Shown here piece after piece: positions 16,727-25,821 of a stretch of DNA of 25,821 nt. A model generated the notes under the pieces. The model did no database searches. It saw nothing but the letters and a program-made list of their open reading frames with translations, and was not told the origin of the DNA. The first letter of the stretch is position 1. Each line of letters starts with the position of its first letter. This DNA is from Anaerohalosphaeraceae bacterium (GTDB lineage Bacteria > Planctomycetota > Phycisphaerae > Sedimentisphaerales > Anaerohalosphaeraceae): assembly GCA_050309605.1 (NCBI GenBank), contig JBNRMN010000080.1, positions 1 through 25,821 of the forward strand. Direction: 5' to 3'. A program made the translations under genes and the position numbers.

Positions 16727-18226
16727 ATGCTCAAACGCAGAGCCGCCGGCATTCTGATGCATCCGACCTCACTGCCATCCGCCTATGGAATCGGCGATCT
16801 GGGGCCGGCAGCGTATGCCTTTGCGGATTTTCTCAAACAGGCCGGCGCCAATTACTGGCAGATGCTGCCGGTGATGGAAACCACCGCCCGAGTGGGCTTT
16901 TCTCCGTATAGCGGCTGTTCGGCCTTTGCCGGCAATCCGCTGCTGATCAGCCCGCAGATGCTGCATCGTCAGGGCTGGCTGAACAAACGAGAGCTTGAAA
17001 CAATCCGCACCCTGCCTGCGGACAAGCCGGACTTTGCCCGCGCCGCCCGACTCAAAAGCCGTCTGCTGGACAGCGCCTTTGAACGGTTCCAAAACAGCGG
17101 TCAAAGCCATGGCGACGTGGAGGCCTTTATCGAACGGAATCGCTGCTGGCTGGACGATTTTGCCCTGTTCAAGGTCATCGGCAGGCGCTATCCGGGATAC
17201 TCCTGGGCACAGTGGCCCGCGGCGCTGCGTCATCGCGACAACAACGCCCTGAACCGCTTTCGAAACGAACACCGTGAAGCCGTTGAGCGCGAGCAATTCA
17301 TTCAATTTCTCTTTGCCCGGCAGTTTTCAGCGCTGAAGCGCTATTGCAACGACAACGACATTCTGCTGTTCGGCGATCTGCCGATCTACGTCGTGTATGA
17401 CAGCGCCGACGTGTGGGCACACCCGCACCTGTTCAAACTCAAACCCAATAAAAAACCGTCCTTTATCGCCGGCGTTCCACCGGATTACTTCAGCAAGACC
17501 GGCCAGCTCTGGGGCAATCCCGTCTATGACTGGCCGGCCAACGCCAAGACGGGGTTTGATTGGTGGCTCGGTCGGCTGGAGCATAATCTAAGTTGGTTTG
17601 ATCTGCTGCGGATCGATCATTTCCGCGGCTTTGAGGCGTACTGGCAGGTTCCGGCCGGCCGCAAGACCGCCGCCCGCGGCGCCTGGATCAAAGGCCCCGG
17701 CGCGACCTTCTTTGATGCCGTCTTTCGGCGGATGCCGCAGGCTCCGCTGGCCGCCGAAGACCTCGGCGTCATTACCGCCGAGGTGCGCGAACTGATCGCC
17801 GCCTATGCGTTGCCCTGTATGAAAGTGCTTCAGTTTGCCTTTGACGGCAATCCCGACAATATCCATCTGCCCCATAATCACGAGCGCAACAGCATCGTTT
17901 ATACCGGCACGCATGACAACAACACCACGCTCGGCTGGTTCAAACGCGACACGACGGCATCAATGCGCCGACAGATTGCCGACTATCTCGGCCGGCCCGT
18001 TACCCATCGAACGATTGTGTCGGAACTGATGCGTCTGGCGATGGCCTCGCCGGCGCGGCTGTGCATCGTCCCGATGCAGGATGTGCTCGAACTGGATGCC
18101 GCAGCGCGAATGAACACCCCTGCCAAACGCGCGGGCAACTGGCGCTGGCGCATGCCGCCGGACCGCCTGAACAAATCCGCCGCCCGCGGCCTGAGACGCC
18201 TGATCACCCGATACGGCCGCCTTTGA
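16727..18226 (+). CDS. malQ: 4-alpha-glucanotransferase (amylomaltase, GH77)
   Basis: GILMHPTSLP, GDLPIYV, AGVPPDYFSKTGQLWGNP, RIDHFRGF, AEDLG, YTGTHDNNT, RMNTP...GNWRWR; RBS AAAGGA. Confidence 0.97.
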   Translation: MLKRRAAGILMHPTSLPSAYGIGDLGPAAYAFADFLKQAGANYWQMLPVMETTARVGFSPYSGCSAFAGNPLLISPQMLHRQGWLNKRELETIRTLPADKPDFARAARLKSRLLDSAFERFQNSGQSHGDVEAFIERNRCWLDDFALFKVIGRRYPGYSWAQWPAALRHRDNNALNRFRNEHREAVEREQFIQFLFARQFSALKRYCNDNDILLFGDLPIYVVYDSADVWAHPHLFKLKPNKKPSFIAGVPPDYFSKTGQLWGNPVYDWPANAKTGFDWWLGRLEHNLSWFDLLRIDHFRGFEAYWQVPAGRKTAARGAWIKGPGATFFDAVFRRMPQAPLAAEDLGVITAEVRELIAAYALPCMKVLQFAFDGNPDNIHLPHNHERNSIVYTGTHDNNTTLGWFKRDTTASMRRQIADYLGRPVTHRTIVSELMRLAMASPARLCIVPMQDVLELDAAARMNTPAKRAGNWRWRMPPDRLNKSAARGLRRLITRYGRL

Positions 18227-18311
18227 ACCTGCCGCAGGTCGGGGGTTGGCTCCGACAGGCCGAAAGCCATTTTAATTCTTTACGATCCCTTACAGGGCCT
18301 CTCGTTCCATC

Positions 18312-21167
18312 TCACTTGTCCGCTTTGACCGCCGTCAGCACTGTACGGCCAGCGGGCAATCCGTCGCTGCGGGCGATCACTTGAATTGAGCCTGCCCGGC
18401 CCTCGACGGAACGCAGGATAAGCATCGCCTTGCCGTAAAACAGCTTGCGATAATCCGCTTGAAACGGCTCAATCGACAGCGGGTTTCCGTTGCCCACGCC
18501 CGCAATTTCGGCCGGGCCGTCGATGTCAAACTGAATCAGATTGTCGGCCAGCGGGCACGGCACGCCGTTTTCGTCATACGCCTCTACCAGAATATAGGAC
18601 AGATCGTGCCCGTCGGCGGCCAGATTGTGGCGGTCGGGTGTCAGACGAATCTGCGCCGGCTCGCCGGCGGTGCGCATCACCGCCTGGCCGATGTGTTGTC
18701 CGTTTTTATACGCCACCGCCTTCAACTCGCCCGGCTCATAAGTCACCTCGTTCCAGCGCAGCCGATAATCATAGGTCGGCGCGTAATAATCCGATTCGAC
18801 CGGTTCCGAATAGACTCCCAACGTCCGAATGCTCGCCCACGTGCGATCGCGCAACTCGGTAAATTCAAGACGCAGATAGCGGGCCTGTTCCTGAACAGAG
18901 TGAAACACCTCGCGCGACCCGCCCCATCGCGGCTGGTCACTGGCCGGCTTGGATACGACCGAACGCCACTGCCGTCCGTCTTGGGAAACGGCGACTGAAT
19001 AGCCGTAGTGTTTGGCTTCCCGCTCGAACTCCAATGCCAGATATCGAATGGGACGGACTTGCCCCAGATCAACGCGGAGCCATTCACCGGTCTGTTCCGA
19101 CGCGGCGCACCAGCGGGTTTGGCTGTTTCCGTCCAGCATGGCCTCGGCCGGATTTTCCGCCTGAAACGAACTGACGGCAGCCGTGGCGCTTTGGGCATAA
19201 TTTTCCGGCCTTTTAGGCCGCTGACCTTTGGCACGGCGGCCGAGGGATTTGCCGTTTAAGAACAGTTCGGCCTCATCACCGTTGGTATAGACAAACACCG
19301 GTACAGTTTGACCAATACGATCCGGCCAGTTCCAGTGCGGCAGGATATGTACCGTCGTCACGTCCGGCCGCCAGTAACTGCGATACAGGTAATAGCGGTC
19401 TTTCGGAATACCGCACAGATCAACAATGCCGAAATACGAACTGCGCGCCTGACGATCAAACGGCGTCGGCTCGCCGAGATAATCAAACCCCGTCCAGACC
19501 ATCTCACCGGCGACGAAGCCGTCTCTTTCCATCAGCGCAAATTCGACGTCGGGAATATCCGACCACGGTGCGGCGTTCAGGTCATACGAACACACCTGAA
19601 GCTGATCGGAGTAGTCGGTCTTGACCGTCGGCAGCGGCAGATCATAAAACCCGCGCGTGCTCAGCGTCGAGGCCGACTCGGAATAGACAATCGGTTTGTC
19701 CGGATACCGCCGGCGGTAAATTTCGTATCGCCGCGCATAATTCCAGCCGGTCAAATCCATCGCATCCAGGATCGGCTGATTGGCGGTAGCAGGAATATGA
19801 CAACCGATGCCCACCGGACGCGTCGGATCGTAGTCGAGAACAAAGTCGCGCATATAACGGACCCGTTCGGGCGTTTTGCCTTCGGTGTTGCTTGGATAAT
19901 TGTTAATTTCATTGCCGATAGACCAGACCACCACGCTCGGATGATTACGGTCGCGCATCACGAAATTTCGAATCTGCCGTCGGCTGTATTCCCTCAGCGG
20001 CGGCTGCCCGTCTCGGCGTCCGGCGGTATGATCCCACTTGTCAAACGCCTCATTCCAGACCAGAAAACCCATCCGGTCGCACAGATCCAACAGCTCCGAG
20101 GCCGGGGGGTTGTGGCTGGTACGGATAAAGTTCACGCCGATATCGCGCATAATCTCAAGCTGCCGCTCCATTGCCCGACGATAGAACGCCGCCCCCAGCG
20201 GACCGTGGTCGTGGTGCAGGTTGACGCCGTGGATTTGCACGCGGCGGCCGTTGAGGTGGAAGCCGTCATCGGCGGTGAATTCGAAGGTACGTATGCCGAA
20301 CGGGGTCTGTTCGCGATCCATGACCCTGCCGTCGACTGTAACCGTGGTAACAAGGGTGTACAGGTTCGGCGATGCGATATCCCATCGTTGCGGATTCGCA
20401 ATGTGAAAACGATACCCCAGCGGCCTTGACCCGCCAGCGGGAAGGGCAGAATAGAGCAGCGTTTGCCGCGCAACCGTTTTGCCGTCGGGCGCAATGACTT
20501 CAAATGTAGTTTCCGCCCTGACATCAGTAACCTGGTGATTATTCAGCTCGGTCTGAACCTGTACGACCGCCATAGTGTCGCTGATCGCCGGCGTGGTCAC
20601 AAACGTCGCCCAATGCCCGATGTGGACAGGCTTGCTCAGCGTCAGTGTGACCGTGCGATAAATCCCCGCGCCGGGATACCAGCGTGTGCCCTGACGGCGG
20701 GTATCGACCTCAACGGCGATAAGATTGTCCTGACCGAACTTCACATACGGCGTGGCATCCACGCGAAACGGCACATAACCATAATCCCACTGGCCGGCCA
20801 ACTGCCCGTTGACGTACACCTTGGGAAAGGCCATCACCCCGTCGAAATCCAGATAGACGCGCTTGTCCGCATCGGCGGCGTCAAGAGCAAAGGTTTTGCG
20901 GTACCATCCGACCCCCTGCCAGGGCAGCTTGCCGGCATAGCCGTGTTCGTCCGGATTGAACGGCCCGGCAATCGCCCAATCATGCGGCAGCCGAACCGAT
21001 TGCCAGTCGGCGTCATCAAACTCGATCTGCCGCGCCTGGTCGGACTGCGGCCCTTGGGCAAATCGCCAATCGGCGTTGACGTGCTGCACAACACGAGCCG
21101 AAAAGCTCACCTGAGACAAAACGACAAGACAACCGACGCATAGACTCACTGTTTTGTTCCTGTTCAT
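18312..21167 (-). CDS. Secreted GH2 beta-galactosidase (GalB-like) with inserted F5/8 (CBM32-like) module
   Basis: LPHDWAI, FDGVM, WYPGAGIYR, GVNLHHDHGPLG, IRTSHNPP, RNHPSVVVWSIGNE, WTGFDYLGEPTP, HILPHWNW. Start reassigned to ATG 21167 (MNRNKTVSLCVGCLVVLSQVSFSA signal peptide, RBS AAAGGAAA). Confidence 0.92.
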   Translation of the reverse strand: MNRNKTVSLCVGCLVVLSQVSFSARVVQHVNADWRFAQGPQSDQARQIEFDDADWQSVRLPHDWAIAGPFNPDEHGYAGKLPWQGVGWYRKTFALDAADADKRVYLDFDGVMAFPKVYVNGQLAGQWDYGYVPFRVDATPYVKFGQDNLIAVEVDTRRQGTRWYPGAGIYRTVTLTLSKPVHIGHWATFVTTPAISDTMAVVQVQTELNNHQVTDVRAETTFEVIAPDGKTVARQTLLYSALPAGGSRPLGYRFHIANPQRWDIASPNLYTLVTTVTVDGRVMDREQTPFGIRTFEFTADDGFHLNGRRVQIHGVNLHHDHGPLGAAFYRRAMERQLEIMRDIGVNFIRTSHNPPASELLDLCDRMGFLVWNEAFDKWDHTAGRRDGQPPLREYSRRQIRNFVMRDRNHPSVVVWSIGNEINNYPSNTEGKTPERVRYMRDFVLDYDPTRPVGIGCHIPATANQPILDAMDLTGWNYARRYEIYRRRYPDKPIVYSESASTLSTRGFYDLPLPTVKTDYSDQLQVCSYDLNAAPWSDIPDVEFALMERDGFVAGEMVWTGFDYLGEPTPFDRQARSSYFGIVDLCGIPKDRYYLYRSYWRPDVTTVHILPHWNWPDRIGQTVPVFVYTNGDEAELFLNGKSLGRRAKGQRPKRPENYAQSATAAVSSFQAENPAEAMLDGNSQTRWCAASEQTGEWLRVDLGQVRPIRYLALEFEREAKHYGYSVAVSQDGRQWRSVVSKPASDQPRWGGSREVFHSVQEQARYLRLEFTELRDRTWASIRTLGVYSEPVESDYYAPTYDYRLRWNEVTYEPGELKAVAYKNGQHIGQAVMRTAGEPAQIRLTPDRHNLAADGHDLSYILVEAYDENGVPCPLADNLIQFDIDGPAEIAGVGNGNPLSIEPFQADYRKLFYGKAMLILRSVEGRAGSIQVIARSDGLPAGRTVLTAVKADK

Positions 21168-21216
21168 CGCTTTTCCTTTTAATAATCCCGATGGAGTGTA
21201 CATTTTGTTTAAGACA

Positions 21217-21348
21217 GGTTCGGACATAAAATGACAACACGTCTTTCTTGGCCACATCCTGCGGATAAAACGGCCCGCGCCAATGGTCATAATGCCAGCC
21301 CGATGTCCCGATATGACAGACCGCCTGTCTGTTCATTATTTCCGTCAT
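21217..21348 (-). pseudogene. N-terminal remnant of a DUF72 (YecE-like) gene
   Basis: 'HIGTSGWHYDHWRGPFYPQDVAKKDVLSFY' is the characteristic DUF72 start. Similarity stops after about 44 codons; the expected 'F.TVEIN.TFY' is absent. Confidence 0.8.
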
Positions 21349-21361
21349 CCCAAAATTTCAC

Positions 21362-22651
21362 TCACGCATTCAGCAGCGATGCGACCGCCTCGACGCTTTT
21401 TTCCGTCGCACCCTGATGGCGTCGTATCACCTCGCGTCCGGCCGCAGCAAGCCGCTCGGCATAGGCCGCATCCGAGAGACACTTTCGCACGGCTTCGAGC
21501 AGTTCGTCGGCGTCTTTGACTTCCATCGCCCCGCCGCCGGCCAGCAGCGCCTCGACCGTCTGACGAAAATTAAACGTATGCGGCCCGAACAGGGTACATT
21601 TGCCCAGTGCCGCCGATTCCATCATATCCGATCCACCCATCGGCACCAGGCTTCGCCCGACAAACACCACCGACGCCAGCGCATAAAACGTCCGCAAATC
21701 GCCCATCGTATCGCCGAGAATCACCGTCGGTCGGCCCTCGGCACAGTGATCATTTTCCTTGAGTGTGCTGTAGCGCACGTAATCCAATCCCGCCTGCTCA
21801 ATCAGGGCCGCCGCCTCGTCAAACCGTTCCGGCTTTCGGGGCACAATCGCCAGCCGGACATCTGCAAATACGGCCTCCTCGCGCAGTCGGCGAAATACCT
21901 CCAGCCCGATGGCCTCTTCGCCCGGGCCGGTGCCGCCGAGGACCCATAGCCGATCATCGTCGAGCCGAATCTGTTCAGCCAGCCGAACCGACGCCGGCAC
22001 CCTAACATGGGTCTGGGCCGTATCGTATTTCAGCGAACCGGTCACGTGTACCCGCTCGGCCGGACAGCCCAGCGCAACAAACCGCTCGGCATACTCCGGC
22101 GTCTGGGCCAGCACAAGACGAACCCGCCCGAACATCCGGCGGACAAAGCGACGCATCCTGAGATATGTGGGAAAACTGCCGTCGCTGATCCGCCCGTTGA
22201 TCACCACCAGCGGAATGCCTTTGTCTTCGGCAAAACGCGCCAGGTTGGGCCAAATCTCCAGTTCCATCAGACAAATCACCGCCGGATTGATCCGCTCAAT
22301 CGCCCCGTGCATCACCCAGGACAGATCAAACGGAAAGTAAAATACATCGTGCGTCTGGCCGTACAGCGCCGCCGCCCGGGCAAGGCCGGTATCCGTCGTG
22401 GCCGAGACGGCAATCGGAATCTGCGGAAATCGACGCTCCAGCGCCTCGACCAGCGTCCGCGTGGCGTTGACCTCGCCCACGCTGACGGCGTGAATCCAGA
22501 TGCACCGCTGATCGGGCCGACACCGCTGAATTCGCCCCAGCCGCTGGTCCCAGCCGCCCTTATACCGTCCGTGAGCCAGCCGACGGTACAGGATCACCGG
22601 GCTGTACGCCAAAATCCCAAGCACATAGAAAAAATCCACCGCGTATCGCAT
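21362..22651 (-). CDS. waaA: 3-deoxy-D-manno-octulosonic acid (Kdo) transferase
   Basis: IWIHAVSVGEV, YFPFDL, ELEIWPN, INGRIS, TGSLKYD, VPRKPERF, GDTMGDL, FVGRSLVPMGG, GPHTFNF. Confidence 0.95.
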   Translation of the reverse strand: MRYAVDFFYVLGILAYSPVILYRRLAHGRYKGGWDQRLGRIQRCRPDQRCIWIHAVSVGEVNATRTLVEALERRFPQIPIAVSATTDTGLARAAALYGQTHDVFYFPFDLSWVMHGAIERINPAVICLMELEIWPNLARFAEDKGIPLVVINGRISDGSFPTYLRMRRFVRRMFGRVRLVLAQTPEYAERFVALGCPAERVHVTGSLKYDTAQTHVRVPASVRLAEQIRLDDDRLWVLGGTGPGEEAIGLEVFRRLREEAVFADVRLAIVPRKPERFDEAAALIEQAGLDYVRYSTLKENDHCAEGRPTVILGDTMGDLRTFYALASVVFVGRSLVPMGGSDMMESAALGKCTLFGPHTFNFRQTVEALLAGGGAMEVKDADELLEAVRKCLSDAAYAERLAAAGREVIRRHQGATEKSVEAVASLLNA

Positions 22652-22687
22652 CTATTTTCGTCCTTGTGTATCCAAAAGAAAGCCAAT

Positions 22688-22716
22688 ACCCTACCCCAAT
22701 TCACCCTTTTTGTCAA
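22688..22716 (-). promoter_or_regulatory. Possible sigma70 promoter for waaA
   Basis: Minus strand TTGACA (22716-22711), 17-nt spacer, TAGGGT. Confidence 0.45.
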
Positions 22717-22743
22717 TTCTTTCCAAAACTAACGTTCCGCCGA

Positions 22744-22772
22744 TTGACAATCCGCCCGTTTTGACGTATCTT
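22744..22772 (+). promoter_or_regulatory. sigma70 promoter for the tRNA
   Basis: TTGACA (22744-22749), 17-nt spacer, TATCTT (22767-22772), 18 nt before the tRNA. Confidence 0.65.
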
Positions 22773-22790
22773 AGTTGCTTTACAATCCAA

Positions 22791-22863
<73 letters not shown>

Positions 22864-22998
22864 TTAAATGGATCACTTAACAGCCAAGTCCACAATTCTC
22901 GGCTGTCTGAGTTCTGGAAAAAAAAAGAAAAACACAAGCGCACTTCACCAGCATCCCCCATTGATGCGGTGTCCGCTGTATTGTTGCGAAAAAGACAA

Positions 22999-24567
22999 AT
23001 GACAAATCCATCCCAAAAAACAAACTTGACCCGTCGCAATTTTCTGCAATCAACCGCCGCTTTAGCGGGACTCTGGGCCATCTAGCCCGGGCATTCCACC
23101 ACGACGTATGCCTCTGGTTTATCGGCCGATGCGCCTGGCAAAGACGCCCGCCCGAACATCGTTTTCTTCTTTGTCGATGACCTGGGCTGGCAGGATACGT
23201 CGGTGCCGTTTTGGGACAAGGCAACCACGCTGAATAAACGCTATCGGACGCCGAATATGGAAAAGCTGGCCGGCGCAGGGGTCAAGTTCACCCACGCTTA
23301 CGCCTCGGCCATTTGCTCGCCAACCCGAATCAGCATTATGACCGGTCAGAACGCCGCTCGTCATCGGGTAACCTACTGGACGCGCGATTTAGACCAGATT
23401 ACCGGCGGCCACGGCCCTGTACTCAATGCACCGAACGACTGGAACTATAATGCCCTTCAGCCCAAAGGGACGCATTTGAATCATTCTCTTGAGGCCGAAA
23501 CCCTGCCGGCGCTGCTGTCAGAGGCCGGCTACCGAACCATTCATATCGGAAAAGCCCATCTGGGAACCAATTATTCGCCCGGCGAATGCCCCACATCCAT
23601 CGGATTTGACGATAATGTAGCCGGGTTCGGCTCCGGCGGTCCGGGCTGTTTTTGGGGGCGGCAGAATTTCGGCAATACGTATGCGCAGCACACCTATCCC
23701 TGGGGTGTGCCGGATCTGGAACACTATCATGGAATGGATATCTTTTTGACAGAAGCGCTGACGATTGAAACGTTTAAGTTATTGGATGATGCCGTCAGAA
23801 AACAACAGCCCTTCTTTTTGCATCTGTCGCATTATGCGGTGCATGTGCCGCTGCGGCTTGATGAACGATTTGAAGACAACTATCCTGATTTGTCCGGCAA
23901 TGAGCTGAAATACGCGACAATGATTGAAGGAATGGACAAGAGTTTGGGAAATCTCCTTCGGCGGCTGGACGCTTTGGGTGTTGCTGACAATACGATTATT
24001 ATTTTTTACTCCGATAACGGCGCTTTGACCGGGGTTGTTCCCGAAAACTACCCGCTTCGCGGCGGCAAAGGAACCGGATACGAAGGCGGCATTCGCGTCC
24101 CTATGATCGTCAAATGGCCCCACAACGCTGCCGCCGGGACAACCTGCTCGGTCAATGTCATCGCCGAAGATTTCTACCCGACCATACTGGCCATGGCGGG
24201 CGTGGAAATTCCCGCTGCATACCAAGACAGGGTGGACGGAAAAGATTTAACCCCGTTATTAACCCACAATGGACACTTTGACAACAACCGCCCGATCTTT
24301 TTTCACCAGCCGCATTATCATGCCGGAAAACCCTACTCAACGGTTATCAAGGGCCATTGGAAGTTGATCTACTGGCACGAAGACAGCAAGATCGTTCTTT
24401 ATGATTTGAAAAACGACATTGGCGAGCAAGACGATGTCTCTGAGCGGTATCCCGCCCAAACCAACGCGTTGAAAAAACTGCTCAGACAGCACCTGCTCAG
24501 CGTCGAGGCACGGATGCCGACGTATCAATCAAACGGACAGCCGGTGCCTTATCCTTCAGCCGGATAG
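22999..24567 (+). pseudogene. Tat-exported formylglycine-dependent (S1) sulfatase interrupted by an in-frame TAG at 23083-23085 (pseudogene, readthrough or sequence error)
   Basis: From ATG 22999: MTNPSQKTNLTRRNFLQSTAALAGLWAI*PGHS...ARPNIVFFFVDDLGWQDTSVPFW, continuing in frame with track ORF 23203..24567, which has CSPTR (CxPxR), GYRTIHIGKAHLG, SHYAVHVP, SDNG, LRGGKGTGYEGGIRVP and LYDLKNDIGE. Confidence 0.85.
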
Positions 24568-24608
24568 GGTCCGCTGTTTTAATCGTATAGCCCGTCGGAG
24601 CATAAGCA

Positions 24609-25124
24609 ATGCTGCCCTTGATGACCGAAAAACAACCCCTGCCCGCCCTGCTGCGTGCCGTCGTGGCGGCCGGCTGTGTGATATTCGCGGCGGTGATCGT
24701 GACCCTTCAGGCCCTCGAGGCGATCAATACAAAATGGATTCTCCCGCTGTGGCTCATCTGGGCGGTGATGACCCTGATCGACGGGACGCTGGCGTTGTCG
24801 CTGAAACTCGTCACTGAAATCCACACCGGAGGAATTCGCGTCTATTTCGCCCCGCTGGGGATTCCCTCAAAACAATTCGATTGGTCCGAAATCGACCGTC
24901 TTTACCCTCGCACGTATCGGCCCATTGTCGAGTACGGGGGTTGGGGGATTCGCTGGGGCCAATCCGGCGCTGCCTACAATTTGCGCGGCACACAAGGCCT
25001 CCAGCTTGAGCTGAAAAACGGAAAGCGGTTTTTGATCGGCACGCAAGATCCGGACAAACTCATCGAATCCATCCGCTCGGTCGCCCCGACGAACCTGCTG
25101 GGAGCCGAATCAGAGGGCGTATAA
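24609..25124 (+). CDS. Membrane protein, DUF6141-like (two TM helices plus a PH-like C-terminal domain)
   Basis: Two hydrophobic helices, then 'RTYRPIVEYGGWGIR...AYNLRGTQGLQLELKNGKRFLIGTQDP'. Confidence 0.8.
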   Translation: MLPLMTEKQPLPALLRAVVAAGCVIFAAVIVTLQALEAINTKWILPLWLIWAVMTLIDGTLALSLKLVTEIHTGGIRVYFAPLGIPSKQFDWSEIDRLYPRTYRPIVEYGGWGIRWGQSGAAYNLRGTQGLQLELKNGKRFLIGTQDPDKLIESIRSVAPTNLLGAESEGV

Positions 25125-25183
25125 TACACCGCCTTCGGCTCCATTTGTTCACGGCCGGCTCTTGTCGGGTCTTCGCAGCGCAC

Positions 25184-25219
25184 AAAAAAAGACCCGCCCT
25201 CAAACGAGGGGGGTCTTTT
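25184..25219 (-). terminator. Rho-independent terminator downstream of 16S rRNA (probably bidirectional)
   Basis: A7-GACCCGCCCTC-AAAC-GAGGGGGGTC-T4; on the minus strand a GC-rich stem followed by U7. Confidence 0.85.
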
Positions 25220-25263
25220 ATAAGCATCATAAATGGTGTCCGCGCAACAAAAGCTCCTGACAT

Positions 25264-25299
25264 ACACGGTTGTTAAGAGCAGGACTGCTCCAACCGTGT
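25264..25299 (-). other. Stable hairpin in the 16S 3' trailer
   Basis: ACACGGTTG...CAACCGTGT (9 bp) enclosing GAGCA/TGCTC. Confidence 0.6.
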
Positions 25300-25309
25300 C
25301 CAAGGTATC

Positions 25310-25821
<512 letters not shown>

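Noticed and set aside
19308..21143. 373-aa and 226-aa plus-strand ORFs
   Set aside because: Antisense shadows of the GH2 gene
21168..21290. 41-aa N-terminal extension of GH2
   Set aside because: RBS and signal peptide point to ATG 21167; the upstream DNA belongs to the DUF72 remnant in another frame

Overview
High-GC bacterial chromosome segment, most likely from a planctomycete. Class Phycisphaerae / Sedimentisphaerales is inferred from 16S motifs, a planctomycete-type dockerin, DPN-rich secreted protein and CAZyme/sulfatase content. Gene order: recJ (-, runs off the left edge); an AT-richer three-gene insert (1057-aa secreted multidomain protein ending in a caspase/CHAT-like His-Cys domain, plus two small membrane proteins); recG (-); GH127-type glycosidase (+); queG (-); a ~420-bp structured intergenic region with its own sigma70 promoter; amrS radical SAM and a PAC2-family gene (+); GH57/DUF3536 and malQ (+); GH2 beta-galactosidase (-); a DUF72 N-terminal remnant (-); waaA (-); tRNA-Arg(CCG) (+); a Tat-signal sulfatase with an in-frame TAG (+); a DUF6141-like membrane protein (+); and the 3' part of a 16S rRNA gene (-) followed by a terminator rather than 23S. 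The best candidates for novelty are the secreted caspase-like protease cassette, the putative ncRNA at about 11814-12050, the amrS-PAC2 pairing and the amber-interrupted sulfatase. All calls come from reading motifs by eye; no searches or folding programs were run.
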